Below, piece after piece: positions 10,878 to 20,219 of a stretch of DNA of 64,000 nucleotides. The stretch is taken from assembly GCA_000004985.1 (NCBI GenBank), contig GG738897.1; one strand, 5' to 3'. The position numbers and the translations under genes were made by a program. A model generated the notes under the pieces. It was not told where the DNA came from. It worked only from the letters and a program-made list of their open reading frames with translations, and did not search any database. The stretch is from Naegleria gruberi. Lineage: Eukaryota. Each line of letters opens with the position of its first letter. The first letter of the stretch is position 1.

Positions 10878-11114
10878 ATGCAAATTAACATCAAGACATT
10901 GTCAGGTGGTATTACCAAGTTGGACGTCGAAGATACTGACAAGGTTACCTATCTTAAACAACTCATCCAAGAAAAAGTTGGTATTGCTGTTCCGCAACAA
11001 AGACTTGTCATGAACGGTAAGATTTTGCCTGATGATAAGACTTGTGTGGATGCTGGTCTTAAGGCTGGTGATACCGTCCAATTGATTTTGCAATTGAAGG
11101 GAGGTTGTTTGTAA
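10878..11114 (+). CDS. Ubiquitin-like protein: a 76-residue beta-grasp ending in Gly-Gly followed by a 2-residue tail (Cys-Leu).
   Basis: MQINIKTLSGGITKLDVEDTDKVTYLKQLIQEKVGIAVPQQRLVMNGKILPDDKTCVDAGLKAGDTVQLILQLKGG-CL aligns residue-for-residue with ubiquitin/NEDD8 (MQIxVKTL.G......V...D.V...K..I....GIP..QQRL...GK.L.D..T.......).....L.L..GG). The ORF-track start at 10782 is a TTG; the first ATG is the MQIN start. Confidence 0.6.
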   Translation: MQINIKTLSGGITKLDVEDTDKVTYLKQLIQEKVGIAVPQQRLVMNGKILPDDKTCVDAGLKAGDTVQLILQLKGGCL

Positions 11115-11481
11115 ATTCATCACGATCTTGTAATTTATGTAATAAATAATTTAAAAATTGTACAATTTAATATTGTTATTATTATTAATTGATGTGATGA
11201 TGATCAAAATTTTGTATTTATGTTCAACATGATCGTCATCAGCAGCACAACAATAATTATCCACACACGGTGAACTTGTTTTAGCTAGAGAACTTTATGA
11301 TCAGCAGCTGCCATACAATGTGTATTCACTCTCTACAGCACAGAAGAGAGACAATCCAAGAATGATTAATTTCCTTTTCCCTTCCTTCATAATAGAGAGT
11401 CTCTCCTGTGTAAAGCAACAAACAAAAGGAACATCATCATACGACTGCCATTTGGTGATAAAGTAAAAATAGTACAAAAAA

Positions 11482-12974
11482 ATGGCCAAAGTGAACATGA
11501 TAGCCTACACCTTGCTGAGGTGGTTCTTTGAGTAGGTTTTTAAAAAAGTGATGAGGATTAATAACTTCTTTTAATATGGTGACTTTAGATTTTGTATTCA
11601 CATGTTCTATGGTAATGTGAGTGCAAGAGGAACAGAAAATATTCCAAAAGATCGTCCTGTCATATTGTAAGTGATCAATCATTTAGAAATGATCAATAAT
11701 GAGGATAAAGTGTTGTCAATCATTATAATGGATTAGTGGATGCATTGTTTCTCTATTCAGAAGTGAGCAATAGACTTATTAGAGGTGTTGCTAAACAAGA
11801 ATTATTTAATTTACCTGTTGTTGGATTCTTTATGAAATTACTCGGAATTATTCCAATCATTAGACCATGTGATGTGAATGGAAAGGATTTGGAAGAACAA
11901 AGAAAATTATCGAATCTAGCTGCTATTAATGCTATGGCCGAAGTGTTGATTGATGGACATTGTATAGTCATATTCCCTGAAGGAACAAGTCACAATAATA
12001 GTGACATTCTAACAATCAAGACAGGTTTTGCCAGAGCAGCTTTTACTTGTTTGGAGAAGTGTGAAAATTTGGATAAGATTTATCTAGTACCAGTTGGATT
12101 AAACTATGATAGTAAGAATGAATTTAGATCAGATGTTTATGTTCAATTTGGAAAGGAAATTCCTATTGATAGAAATGATTTACAAGAATACCAACAAGAT
12201 AGTGGAAAGACTTTGCATAGACTTGCTGATGTTGTAAAGGATGCTTTGAGAAATGTCACAGTTGTTGCCAAGGAACCAGATACAATTTTGGCTGCTCAAG
12301 TCGCTAGATCACTTGTTAGAAATAGATCCTTCCCATTAACTCAAGAAGAATACTTGCTCATTACTCAAAGATTTATTGATTTATTTGAAAATGAGCCAGA
12401 GGCAAAACCTGTTTACGAGACTCTCAAACAATTCAATGCCCATATCAGATTATTGAATATGAAGTATTATGAAATTTCTATGAAATATTCATTTGTCAGA
12501 AAGATTATTACCCTATTGTTCACTTTACCAATTTGTTTACCTGGTTCTTTGTATCATGGTCCTATTGGTCTACTTTGTTCTCATCTTGGAAAAAAGCTTG
12601 CTGCTGGATATAAAGATCAAGAGGCTCACTACAAGCTTATGATTGTTATCAGCTTACTTCCAATTTATTATTTGATAACCATTGGAATATTGACCTATTT
12701 ATTTAGTTTCTACTTTGCCTTGTACTGTGCACTTTTATTGGCAATTTCAGGAATTTTAGCTGTTAGAATTAGACCAGTTGCCGTCTCATTGCAAATTATG
12801 AAATCTCTAGGAAAATTGCTAGTTATTAATAGAGAAGAAATCTTGAAGGTCCAAAGACAAATTAGAAATGATTTGGCACCACTAGTTGGAAAGCACTGTC
12901 AAGATCTTATCAAACTTAATTTATTCGATACTGAAATTGTTGCCAAGAGTGAAAGCTCTATTAAACAAAATTAA
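11482..12974 (+). CDS. Glycerol-3-phosphate / dihydroxyacetone-phosphate acyltransferase (GPAT, Sct1/Gpt2-like), three exons.
   Basis: Exon 1 (~11482-11531) MAKVNMIAYTLLRWFF ends in a GTAGGT donor. Exon 2 (~11589-11666) reads E FCIHMFYGNVSARGTENIPKDRPVI and ends in a GTAAGT donor. Exon 3 (~11711-12974) starts FVVNHYNGLVDALFLYSEV... The joined sequence parallels yeast Sct1/Gpt2 (WIF..F..FFREI..RG..NIP..GPVIFVAAPHANQFVDPVIL). It has motif I N-H-x-N-x-x-V-D and motif III VIFPEGTSHN, followed by C-terminal transmembrane helices. The ORF-track entry (11736..) starts at an internal GTG. Confidence 0.8.
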
Positions 12975-13011
12975 TTCACTACCATTATTACTCACACAAT
13001 AACATTTAATA

Positions 13012-15146
13012 TTACAATGATTTTTGCATCTTGTTAAGAGTTTCGTCCAATTTACAAGCAGCAGAAATAAGAGAAATGAAAGTGAACGCTTGTGGGAAAT
13101 TTCCAAGTGCAGAACCATTGAAACTCATTTCCTCCGAGTATAAATTCAAGTGATTTCCATAGGTAATCATTTGTTCAAGCATCATTCTACCTTCCTGAAG
13201 GAGATCCTTCGATTCACCATAACTACATGCTCTAGCAATTGATTCAATCAACCAGAAAGTACACAAATTGAAGGTTCCCTCCTCTCCTCCACTAAACCCA
13301 TCATCAGTTTTTTCAACCAGATATCTGTAGACAAGACTAGAGCTCACTAATCCATTTTCTTCGGGCGGCTTATTGATTGCCTTAATGGTATTGACTACGA
13401 GAGTATCGGATGGACTCAGGAAGGAAACTAATGGAATAATCAAAGTGGAAGCATCAAGTGTATCAGATCCGTAGAAACTTGTGAAGGATTCAAGTTCTCT
13501 ATTGTAACCCTTTTCGATTACTTGTTCGAATATTTGATTTCTGACTTTAATCCATTTGTCAACATCCGCTGGGAAAGATCTGGATTGTGCAATTTTTATA
13601 GCTCTATCCAAACAAACCCATGTCATGATTCTACTGTAAACAAAATGTTGTCTTCCACCTCTAACTTCCCAAACACCCTCTGCCAAATGTCATTTCTATT
13701 GAAATTCACAAAAAACTTACCATCTTTTTCATCCCAATTATTACAAACCCAATTTGTAATAAATCTCAAATGCTTCCAAAAGTCATAAGAAATTGAATTC
13801 CCATACTTGTCATAAATATACATTGAATCCATCAATTCACCATAAATATCCAATTGCAATTGATCATAGGCTCCATTTCCAATTCTAACAGGTTTAGAAT
13901 TCATATAACCAGACAAGTGATCAATAGTTCTCTCAATCAACTCATGTTCTCCATCAATACTGTACATGACCTGAAGTGGGGGTGGAGAACCCTTCTCATC
14001 TGATTGTTTGTACTTTAAATTCATTTCTGATATTCTAGCTTCCAGATATTTCACAAATTTAGTTGCTTCCTCCATGAAACCAATGCTCATGAAACTGTAG
14101 AGTGTGAAGGAGGCATCTCTAATCCAAGTGAATCTGTAATCCCAATTTCTCACCCCACCAATGCCTTCAGGAAGTGATGTGGAGGCAGCTGCTAGAATGG
14201 CACCTGTCTTTTCATAGGTTAAAAGCTTGAGAGCTAGTGCACTTCTTTTCACTTGTTCTCTCCATCTGCCTTTATAGGTACATTTTTGAAGCCAATCATG
14301 CCAATAATCGAGAGTTTCATTGAGCATTTCTTCACCATATTGAGTAATTGTCTTGGAACCAAAGATGGATGATAGTTCTTGCTCTGGACAAGTCAAAGCA
14401 TCGTCGAATGTACCAAATACGAAAGTTACACTTTCATCTTCCTCAATGGTAAATTCGCATTCAACACAATTACCAGTCATTGAATCAACGTATGGATCCA
14501 TCATACACATGGATTGTCTTCTGACAGTTGGGGATAGAGTATTCGATTGAGTATTTACACCATTCACAATTGGAATGATTGGTAAAACTGGAATAATCTT
14601 GAGAATTGGCTTACTACAATACAATGTAGCGTGTTCACAATTGATACTACTCTCTGGAATGTTCAATGGATTCATTGGATTATAAAATGGTTTAAAGAAT
14701 GCTTTTTTACCATGAGCTCCAATTTTACATTCATGCAAATCACTTGCATAATTAAAGGATGGACAGCAACTAACCTTAAATGTCATGGATCCATGGATAC
14801 AGTTAACTTTTCTAATAAGAAAGTTTGTACAAGGCCTCTTTTCAGAAACTGGCATAAAATCAATCAATTCACCAATTCCATGCTTGGACATGAATCTTGT
14901 AATGAGAATATTTGTATCAGGCCAATAATGTTGTTTAGTTTTTGTGTAATTCATAGCACGAATTGAGAAACTTCCACCCTTTCTACAATCGAGAATTCGT
15001 CCAAAAACACTTGAAGAATTGAATTGTGGATAACACATCCAGTCAATTGTGCCTTCGGTTCCAACCAATGCACAAGTTTCCATATTTCCAATCATTCCAT
15101 GAGAATCTATTGGAAGATAATCGATTCGTTGTGCTGGAGAGGACAT
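13012..15146 (-). CDS. Glycoside hydrolase family 15 (bacterial/archaeal-type glucoamylase / trehalase-like), two exons, about 700 aa.
   Basis: N-terminus is MSSPAQRIDYLPIDSHGMIGNMETCALVGTEGTIDWMCYPQFNSSSVF, the conserved start of prokaryote-type GH15 and the PHK alpha/beta glucoamylase-like domain. The catalytic (alpha/alpha)6 region follows: NWDYRFTWIRDASFTLYSFMSIGF, GVWEVRGGRQHFVYSRIMTWVCLDRAI, and LNLYSEEM near the C-terminus. The two listed ORFs (13623..15146 and 13012..13686) are joined by a ~41-nt intron (GTAAGT...CAG) at ~13650-13700. Splicing restores the conserved WE.RG motif. Confidence 0.75.
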
Positions 15147-15396
15147 GTTAGAGAGTTTTTTTTAATGATTGAATAAGTAAGTTGCAAAATTGTACTCCTC
15201 AAGCAATTCTAATAAAAAAATTAATTTGGAAAGTTTCCATATTTATTTTGGATGAATAATGTAATGTTTAGAAACTGTTTCAAATACTAAAGATAATTAC
15301 ATTTCCAATTTCAGGAAAAGGTAACCAGAATGTACTGCTTGCCTTAGAAGAGTATTTGAGATTCTTTTGTTAATATTTAATCTTAAATGCTCAAAT

Positions 15397-16119
15397 TCAA
15401 TCCATGAGTTTATAAACTTCTAAGTCTTCAATAAGGAAACCAATTCTTGGAAAGTACTGATTCTCCAACAATTCACCATATTCATTGACTTGATTACCAC
15501 CCTCTTTCTTTAGTAATTTACACTCTGGAAAAATGTGATCCTCCATTTCATCATGTGATCCAGACGTGGCAGATGTGTTTGCATTGGTACCAATCCAAAA
15601 GCAATATCCAAACGCAAATAAATGAAATGAGCTATATCTATACAATGCATAGATCCTATCTTCAGGTAATAATCTGAAAATACACAATCGATTGTTATCA
15701 AATCGAAACGTAAACATTTCTTCATCCTTGACATACATTCCTCTCTCATCAAGTTTCATACTTTCACTCGTATATCCTCCAAATAAATCTCCACATTTAG
15801 ATTTTAAAATAATTACAATCTTTCCTTGATCATCACAATGTTTATGAAAATCTGAATCTGAAAATCCATCCCTACTCGCTCTGAATATTAATTTTGGAGT
15901 TTGATGAGTTCTCAATTCCTTTCTAAATAATTGATGATATTGAGTAGAGTTAATCAGTGCACGGGAAAGCTTGGCTTCTTTCCGATATAAATGAGTGAGT
16001 GTAGGTGATCCGATGTGTTGATCGAGCTTGATTGTGATACACTCTCCGATTGGTTCTTCAAAGTTTTCCATTTTTTTGTAATTATTTAATAAATACTTAT
16101 TCATCAGAAATATATCCAT
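15397..16119 (-). CDS. TLDc-domain protein.
   Basis: LIFRASRDGFSDSDFHKHCDDQGKIVIILKSKCGDLFGGYTSESM...EEMFTFRF matches the TLDc domain core (L.YRAS.DGF....FH..CD..G.T...I....G..FGGYT). 240 aa. Confidence 0.7.
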   Translation of the reverse strand: MDIFLMNKYLLNNYKKMENFEEPIGECITIKLDQHIGSPTLTHLYRKEAKLSRALINSTQYHQLFRKELRTHQTPKLIFRASRDGFSDSDFHKHCDDQGKIVIILKSKCGDLFGGYTSESMKLDERGMYVKDEEMFTFRFDNNRLCIFRLLPEDRIYALYRYSSFHLFAFGYCFWIGTNANTSATSGSHDEMEDHIFPECKLLKKEGGNQVNEYGELLENQYFPRIGFLIEDLEVYKLMD

Positions 16120-16305
16120 TATTTAAAGGTCAAACGGTGAAATAATAAGGCTGTTATCTAACGAAAACCTGTCGCAATTTAGTAAGCTATGGGTATGTTA
16201 TTAATCAACTCATTTCAATTAATTTTCATCAAACCAAAATTTCAATCACCACTAAAGTCAAATATTTTTTATAAATAAATTTAAAAAAAGTTAGCGCTAA
16301 AAAAA

Positions 16306-18550
16306 ATGAGTGACTCTGAATCAACGGCTTCGTCATCCAATATGATGGTGGATGAACAAACATCATCATCAACACGAAACGGAGATGAACAATCTGATAA
16401 GATGAAAGAGTTGGTCATTAAATATTTACAACAACAAGGATATCACCGATCATTGAAAGCCTTGGAGGAAGAAGCTATTGTCGGATCATCTTCACTGCCA
16501 GAATATGCAGCAGTTTTGGAAAGGGAAAGAATGATACGATCATCAGGTAGGTTTTGTAGTACAATAGTAATATAATGTTGTTATTAGGAGATTCTTTGAA
16601 TAGTTTTCTAAGTGAAGCACCAAGTGGAAAGGGATTTCTTCAAGCCTATCAATCTCTCACAGATTGGGTATTCTCCTCTCTGGAAATCTATAAGGTATGT
16701 GTTGTATTATGGACAGTCAATAATATTGAATATCATAATAATATTAGAATGAATTGATTCAAGTATTGTATCCTGTCTTTGTCCATTGTTATTTGGAATT
16801 AGTAAGCAAAAATCATTCTGAGGAAGCTAGAAAATTCTTGAACAAGTACAAGACACAACATTCACATTTTCACTATGATGACATTTTAACACTTCAAAGT
16901 TTACAAACTCCTGAAATTGTAAATCAAAATGAATTTTCTAAAAGATTATTGTCACACAAATTTATAATCAGATTAAGTGAAGCTAGTTTTCACTTATTAA
17001 TGAAGTTCTTACAAGACTCTAGTGAACTAAGACTTTTATCTATTCTCAATAGATTTGTTAATTTTAAAACATACAAAGGACAACCTAGCTTACAAGCACC
17101 AGCAATGATTGATGGAATTCTTCTAATGGATCATGATATTAAAAGCCAACAACAAAAAAAGAAAAGAAAATCTGAGGATGTGGAAGGATCGGATGATGAT
17201 GACTCTGAGGATGATGACGACGAATTTGAAGCTATTTTCGGAAGAAATAAGAAAATTTCATGGGAAGTTGAAAACAGAGAAAAGGAGGAAGCATTAGCTG
17301 CCACTGCTGTTGTTCAACCTACTGCACCAACAGCACCTCAACCTAGTAGAAGAGGAAGAAAGAAAAAAGGAGCAGCCACAGCTCAACAAGAAATTAAGAA
17401 ATTGATTGATGTTGCTAAGGAACAGGTTCCACCTTGTCCTTCTGCATGTTTCTATACACTTTTCAATTGTAATAATAATTTAAATGCTGTGGAAATCGGA
17501 ACAAACTTTGAACACAAACCATCCAACTATTTTGTTGATGATGGCGATTTTGCTCCTCAATATAACCTAAGAAATGGTCCTGTTATTGCAGCAGGTTTTG
17601 CTGATTCTACTATTAAATGTTGGAATTGGAGAACTCTTAATGGTACCATCCCTAATACTAAATCATATCAGAGAAATTATGAAAGTATTAATCTTGAAGA
17701 TAATGAAAATAGAGAATGTCAATATGATACATTAATTGGTCACTCAGGACCAGTTTACTCCCTATCATTCAATTCTGATCAACAATGGCTTTTATCCTCC
17801 AGTGAAGATTGTACAGTACGTTTGTGGAATGTCAATAATGCAGAATCTGTTGTTGTGTATAAGGGACATCAATATGCTGTTTGGAATGTTAGTTTCAGCC
17901 CAACAGATTACATGTTTGCAACAGCATCACATGATCGTACAGCAAGACTTTGGGTTACTGATAGAGTTACTCCTGTCAGAGTTTTTGCTGGACATTTAGC
18001 TGATGTTGAATGTGTCAAATTCCATCCAAACTGTAATTATGTTGCAACTGGTTCTAGTGATAAGACTGTTCGTTTGTGGGATGTACAAACTGGAGAATGT
18101 ATGAGAATGTTCATAGGTCATCATGGGTCTATTAACACCTTAGCATTTTCACATGATGGTAGATATTGTGCCTCTGCAGGTGATGATGGTCAAGTTCTAG
18201 TTTGGGATATTGGATCTGGAAAGATTGCTTACAAATTTATTGGACATACCAAACCAGTGTGGTCTCTTGACTTTAATAGAAATGACACTTTCCTTGCTTC
18301 AGCTTCATTAGATTCAACTGTTAGAGTTTGGTCAATGTTTGACACTATTGATACAGGTTCTGTTGAGGGAAGTCAATCTGCTGCTCAAATCCTCAAAGAA
18401 AAGAAACTTGAATTGGACAAGCACAAGATTATTTCAAAAGAACCATACAAGACTTACTATTCGAAACAAACACCAGTTTATTCACTCAAGTTCACACAAC
18501 AAGACTTTATGGTGGCAGGTGGTGTTTTCACTCCAAATTTAACTTTGTAA
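16306..18550 (+). CDS. TAF5: TFIID subunit TAF5 (LisH + NTD2 + WD40 propeller), three exons.
   Basis: Exon 1 (~16306-16546) carries the LisH-like LVIKYLQQQGYHRSLKALEEEA and ends in a GTAGGT donor. Exon 2 (~16588-16694) ends in a GTATGT donor. Exon 3 (~16748-18550) begins NELIQVLYPVFVHCYLELV, the TAF5 NTD2 signature. Six or seven WD repeats follow (LIGHSGPVYSLSFNSDQQWLLSSSEDCTVRLWN, YKGHQYAVWNVSFSP..ATASHDRTARLW, FAGHLADVECVKFHPNCNYVATGSSDKTVRLWDV, FIGHHGSINTLAFSHDGRYCASAGDDGQVLVWDI, FIGHTKPVWSLDF..LASASLDSTVRVWS). An acidic/poly-K linker lies between the domains. Confidence 0.85.
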
Positions 18551-18864
18551 AAGCAAAACTATTATAAATTATTATTATTAAATTTAATTTATTTAAAAAG
18601 TGGAATACTGTGAAAAAAGGGAAGGAAATTTGATTTCAAAAAGAAGGAGGGAATATTGTGTGGTAGTCTAATCTCCTATAAATTGTTTGTTGTTGTTATT
18701 ATTACTCTAATAAATAGGAGAGAGAAAATAGTGAAATGAGAAAGAATGGAAGAGAAAGTGTGTGTGGAAAAAGAAAGTGAACAAAGATGAGCACTTCGGG
18801 GAGAGAGAAGGTTATGTAGTGTTGTTGATAGATGGTTTCATATGATTATTGAAGCCATCACAAA

Positions 18865-19260
18865 TTATTGATTCTTACAACCACCAGCATTTGCTTTTCC
18901 TTCTTCCTTTGGTGCTGTCCTAGAGAGTTTCTTTCCTTCAATAACATCCTGAGCAGTACAAACAATTCCATCAAATTGACCAACAGCTACACCATGTCGA
19001 GCCAATTCAATAGCTTTTTCAGCTCCCTTTTCCTTGTTAAATTGTATCACAGCAGAGCTGAAAACGAGGGCATTAGCTTTGATCACATCAATAGAACTAA
19101 TTCCTCCACTAACTTTCTCAAAGAATTCTCGAATTTGTTTTTCTTCAGCAACGAAAGGCAGTTCAAATACTACAATTGTTCGTTTCAAAAGTTTTTCACC
19201 TTCCTTATCGTTGAGCATTTCTTCAAGTTTTTGTTTTATAAGATTTCTTGATGTAGACAT
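18865..19260 (-). CDS. Small RRM-like (ferredoxin-fold) RNA-binding protein of unknown function.
   Basis: 131-aa ORF. RTIVVFELPFVAEEKQIREFFEKVSGGISSIDVI...AVIQFNKEKGAEKAIEL has RNP2/RNP1-like spacing. Family assignment is uncertain. Confidence 0.4.
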   Translation of the reverse strand: MSTSRNLIKQKLEEMLNDKEGEKLLKRTIVVFELPFVAEEKQIREFFEKVSGGISSIDVIKANALVFSSAVIQFNKEKGAEKAIELARHGVAVGQFDGIVCTAQDVIEGKKLSRTAPKEEGKANAGGCKNQ

Positions 19261-19339
19261 TTTCTATATATTTGTTTTAATTATTTGATGATGAAATCCT
19301 TGTCCAAGCTGTTTATCGTTGTGTGTGTTCTTCTCGGGT

Positions 19340-19400
19340 TGATGATGGCAGCTTGACAGCAATTATTTTTTTTAAATTGTGATGGATGCTTGACAAGTGA
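19340..19400. promoter_or_regulatory. Two copies of GATGG(C/A)(A/T)GCTTGACA spaced ~36 bp apart, in the 5' region upstream of the RRM-like gene (18865..19260, minus strand).
   Basis: tgatgGATGGCAGCTTGACAgcaatt ... gtGATGGATGCTTGACAagtg. These repeats are GC-richer than the surrounding DNA and lie 90-140 bp upstream of the ATG at 19260. Confidence 0.25.
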
Positions 19401-19531
19401 AAAAAGCAGCAGCGATGTTAACCAAAGGTGAGAAGACGGAATAACGTTTCTCATATTCACAAAATATGTAAATAATAGTTATTATTCAGTTAGTATTCTT
19501 TAAAATTGGATAATTATTCTATTGTACTAGT

Positions 19532-19984
19532 TTACCACTTTTCATTGAGTAATTTGTAATATTCTTTCAGTTCCTCGTCATCCTCTGAAATATTATCATT
19601 TGATGATTTAAAATTCAGACTCTTCAAAGTTCTTGAAGGCAAAGAAGGCTTTTGAATAGTTGTAGATGATACAGTATATTGAGTCGATTCCCACTGAAAC
19701 CCTTCTCCTTTCTTTATGGTTGATGTTGAAGGAGGAAGCCTTTCATTATCAAATGAATCATTCCTTGATAGAGAAGGTTCTTGTTTTGAAGGCTTAGTTG
19801 ATTTGAATTCATTATCCTTGATCGTTGTTTTGTTTTGTTTTTTCCTCTCCTTTCGTGAGTTGATTTGATTTCTTTGTTTACGAGTCGATGAAGGAACACC
19901 TAATGTAGGACTCTTTGGAGCCTTCTTCTTCAAGACGATCATCTTTGATTGAGGTGAAACTCTTACTGTATGAGTGGTGGTCAT
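19532..19984 (-). CDS. Basic Ser/Lys-rich protein of unknown function (nuclear-type low complexity).
   Basis: 150-aa ORF rich in K/R/S/T (KKKAPKSPTLGVPSSTRKQRNQINSRKERKKQNK). No domain recognised. Confidence 0.35.
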   Translation of the reverse strand: MTTTHTVRVSPQSKMIVLKKKAPKSPTLGVPSSTRKQRNQINSRKERKKQNKTTIKDNEFKSTKPSKQEPSLSRNDSFDNERLPPSTSTIKKGEGFQWESTQYTVSSTTIQKPSLPSRTLKSLNFKSSNDNISEDDEELKEYYKLLNEKW

Positions 19985-20219
19985 AGTGAGTTGTTTTTTT
20001 TAAATTTTATTTGTAGACTTAATCATTCAATTTGGCGCCTAATTTCTTTCCACAAGAATAAGAGTTCCCAATGCTGATGATGTAATAATTATCTTCCTAT
20101 TGCATCAATATTCAAAAGGAATTACTTGTTAGAAGAAACAAATATGATTTCTTGGAAGGCTTGTGAAGTTATATCCCCGTAAGCTAGCCGTTACATTTTA
20201 AAATTTAAAAAAAAGGCAA

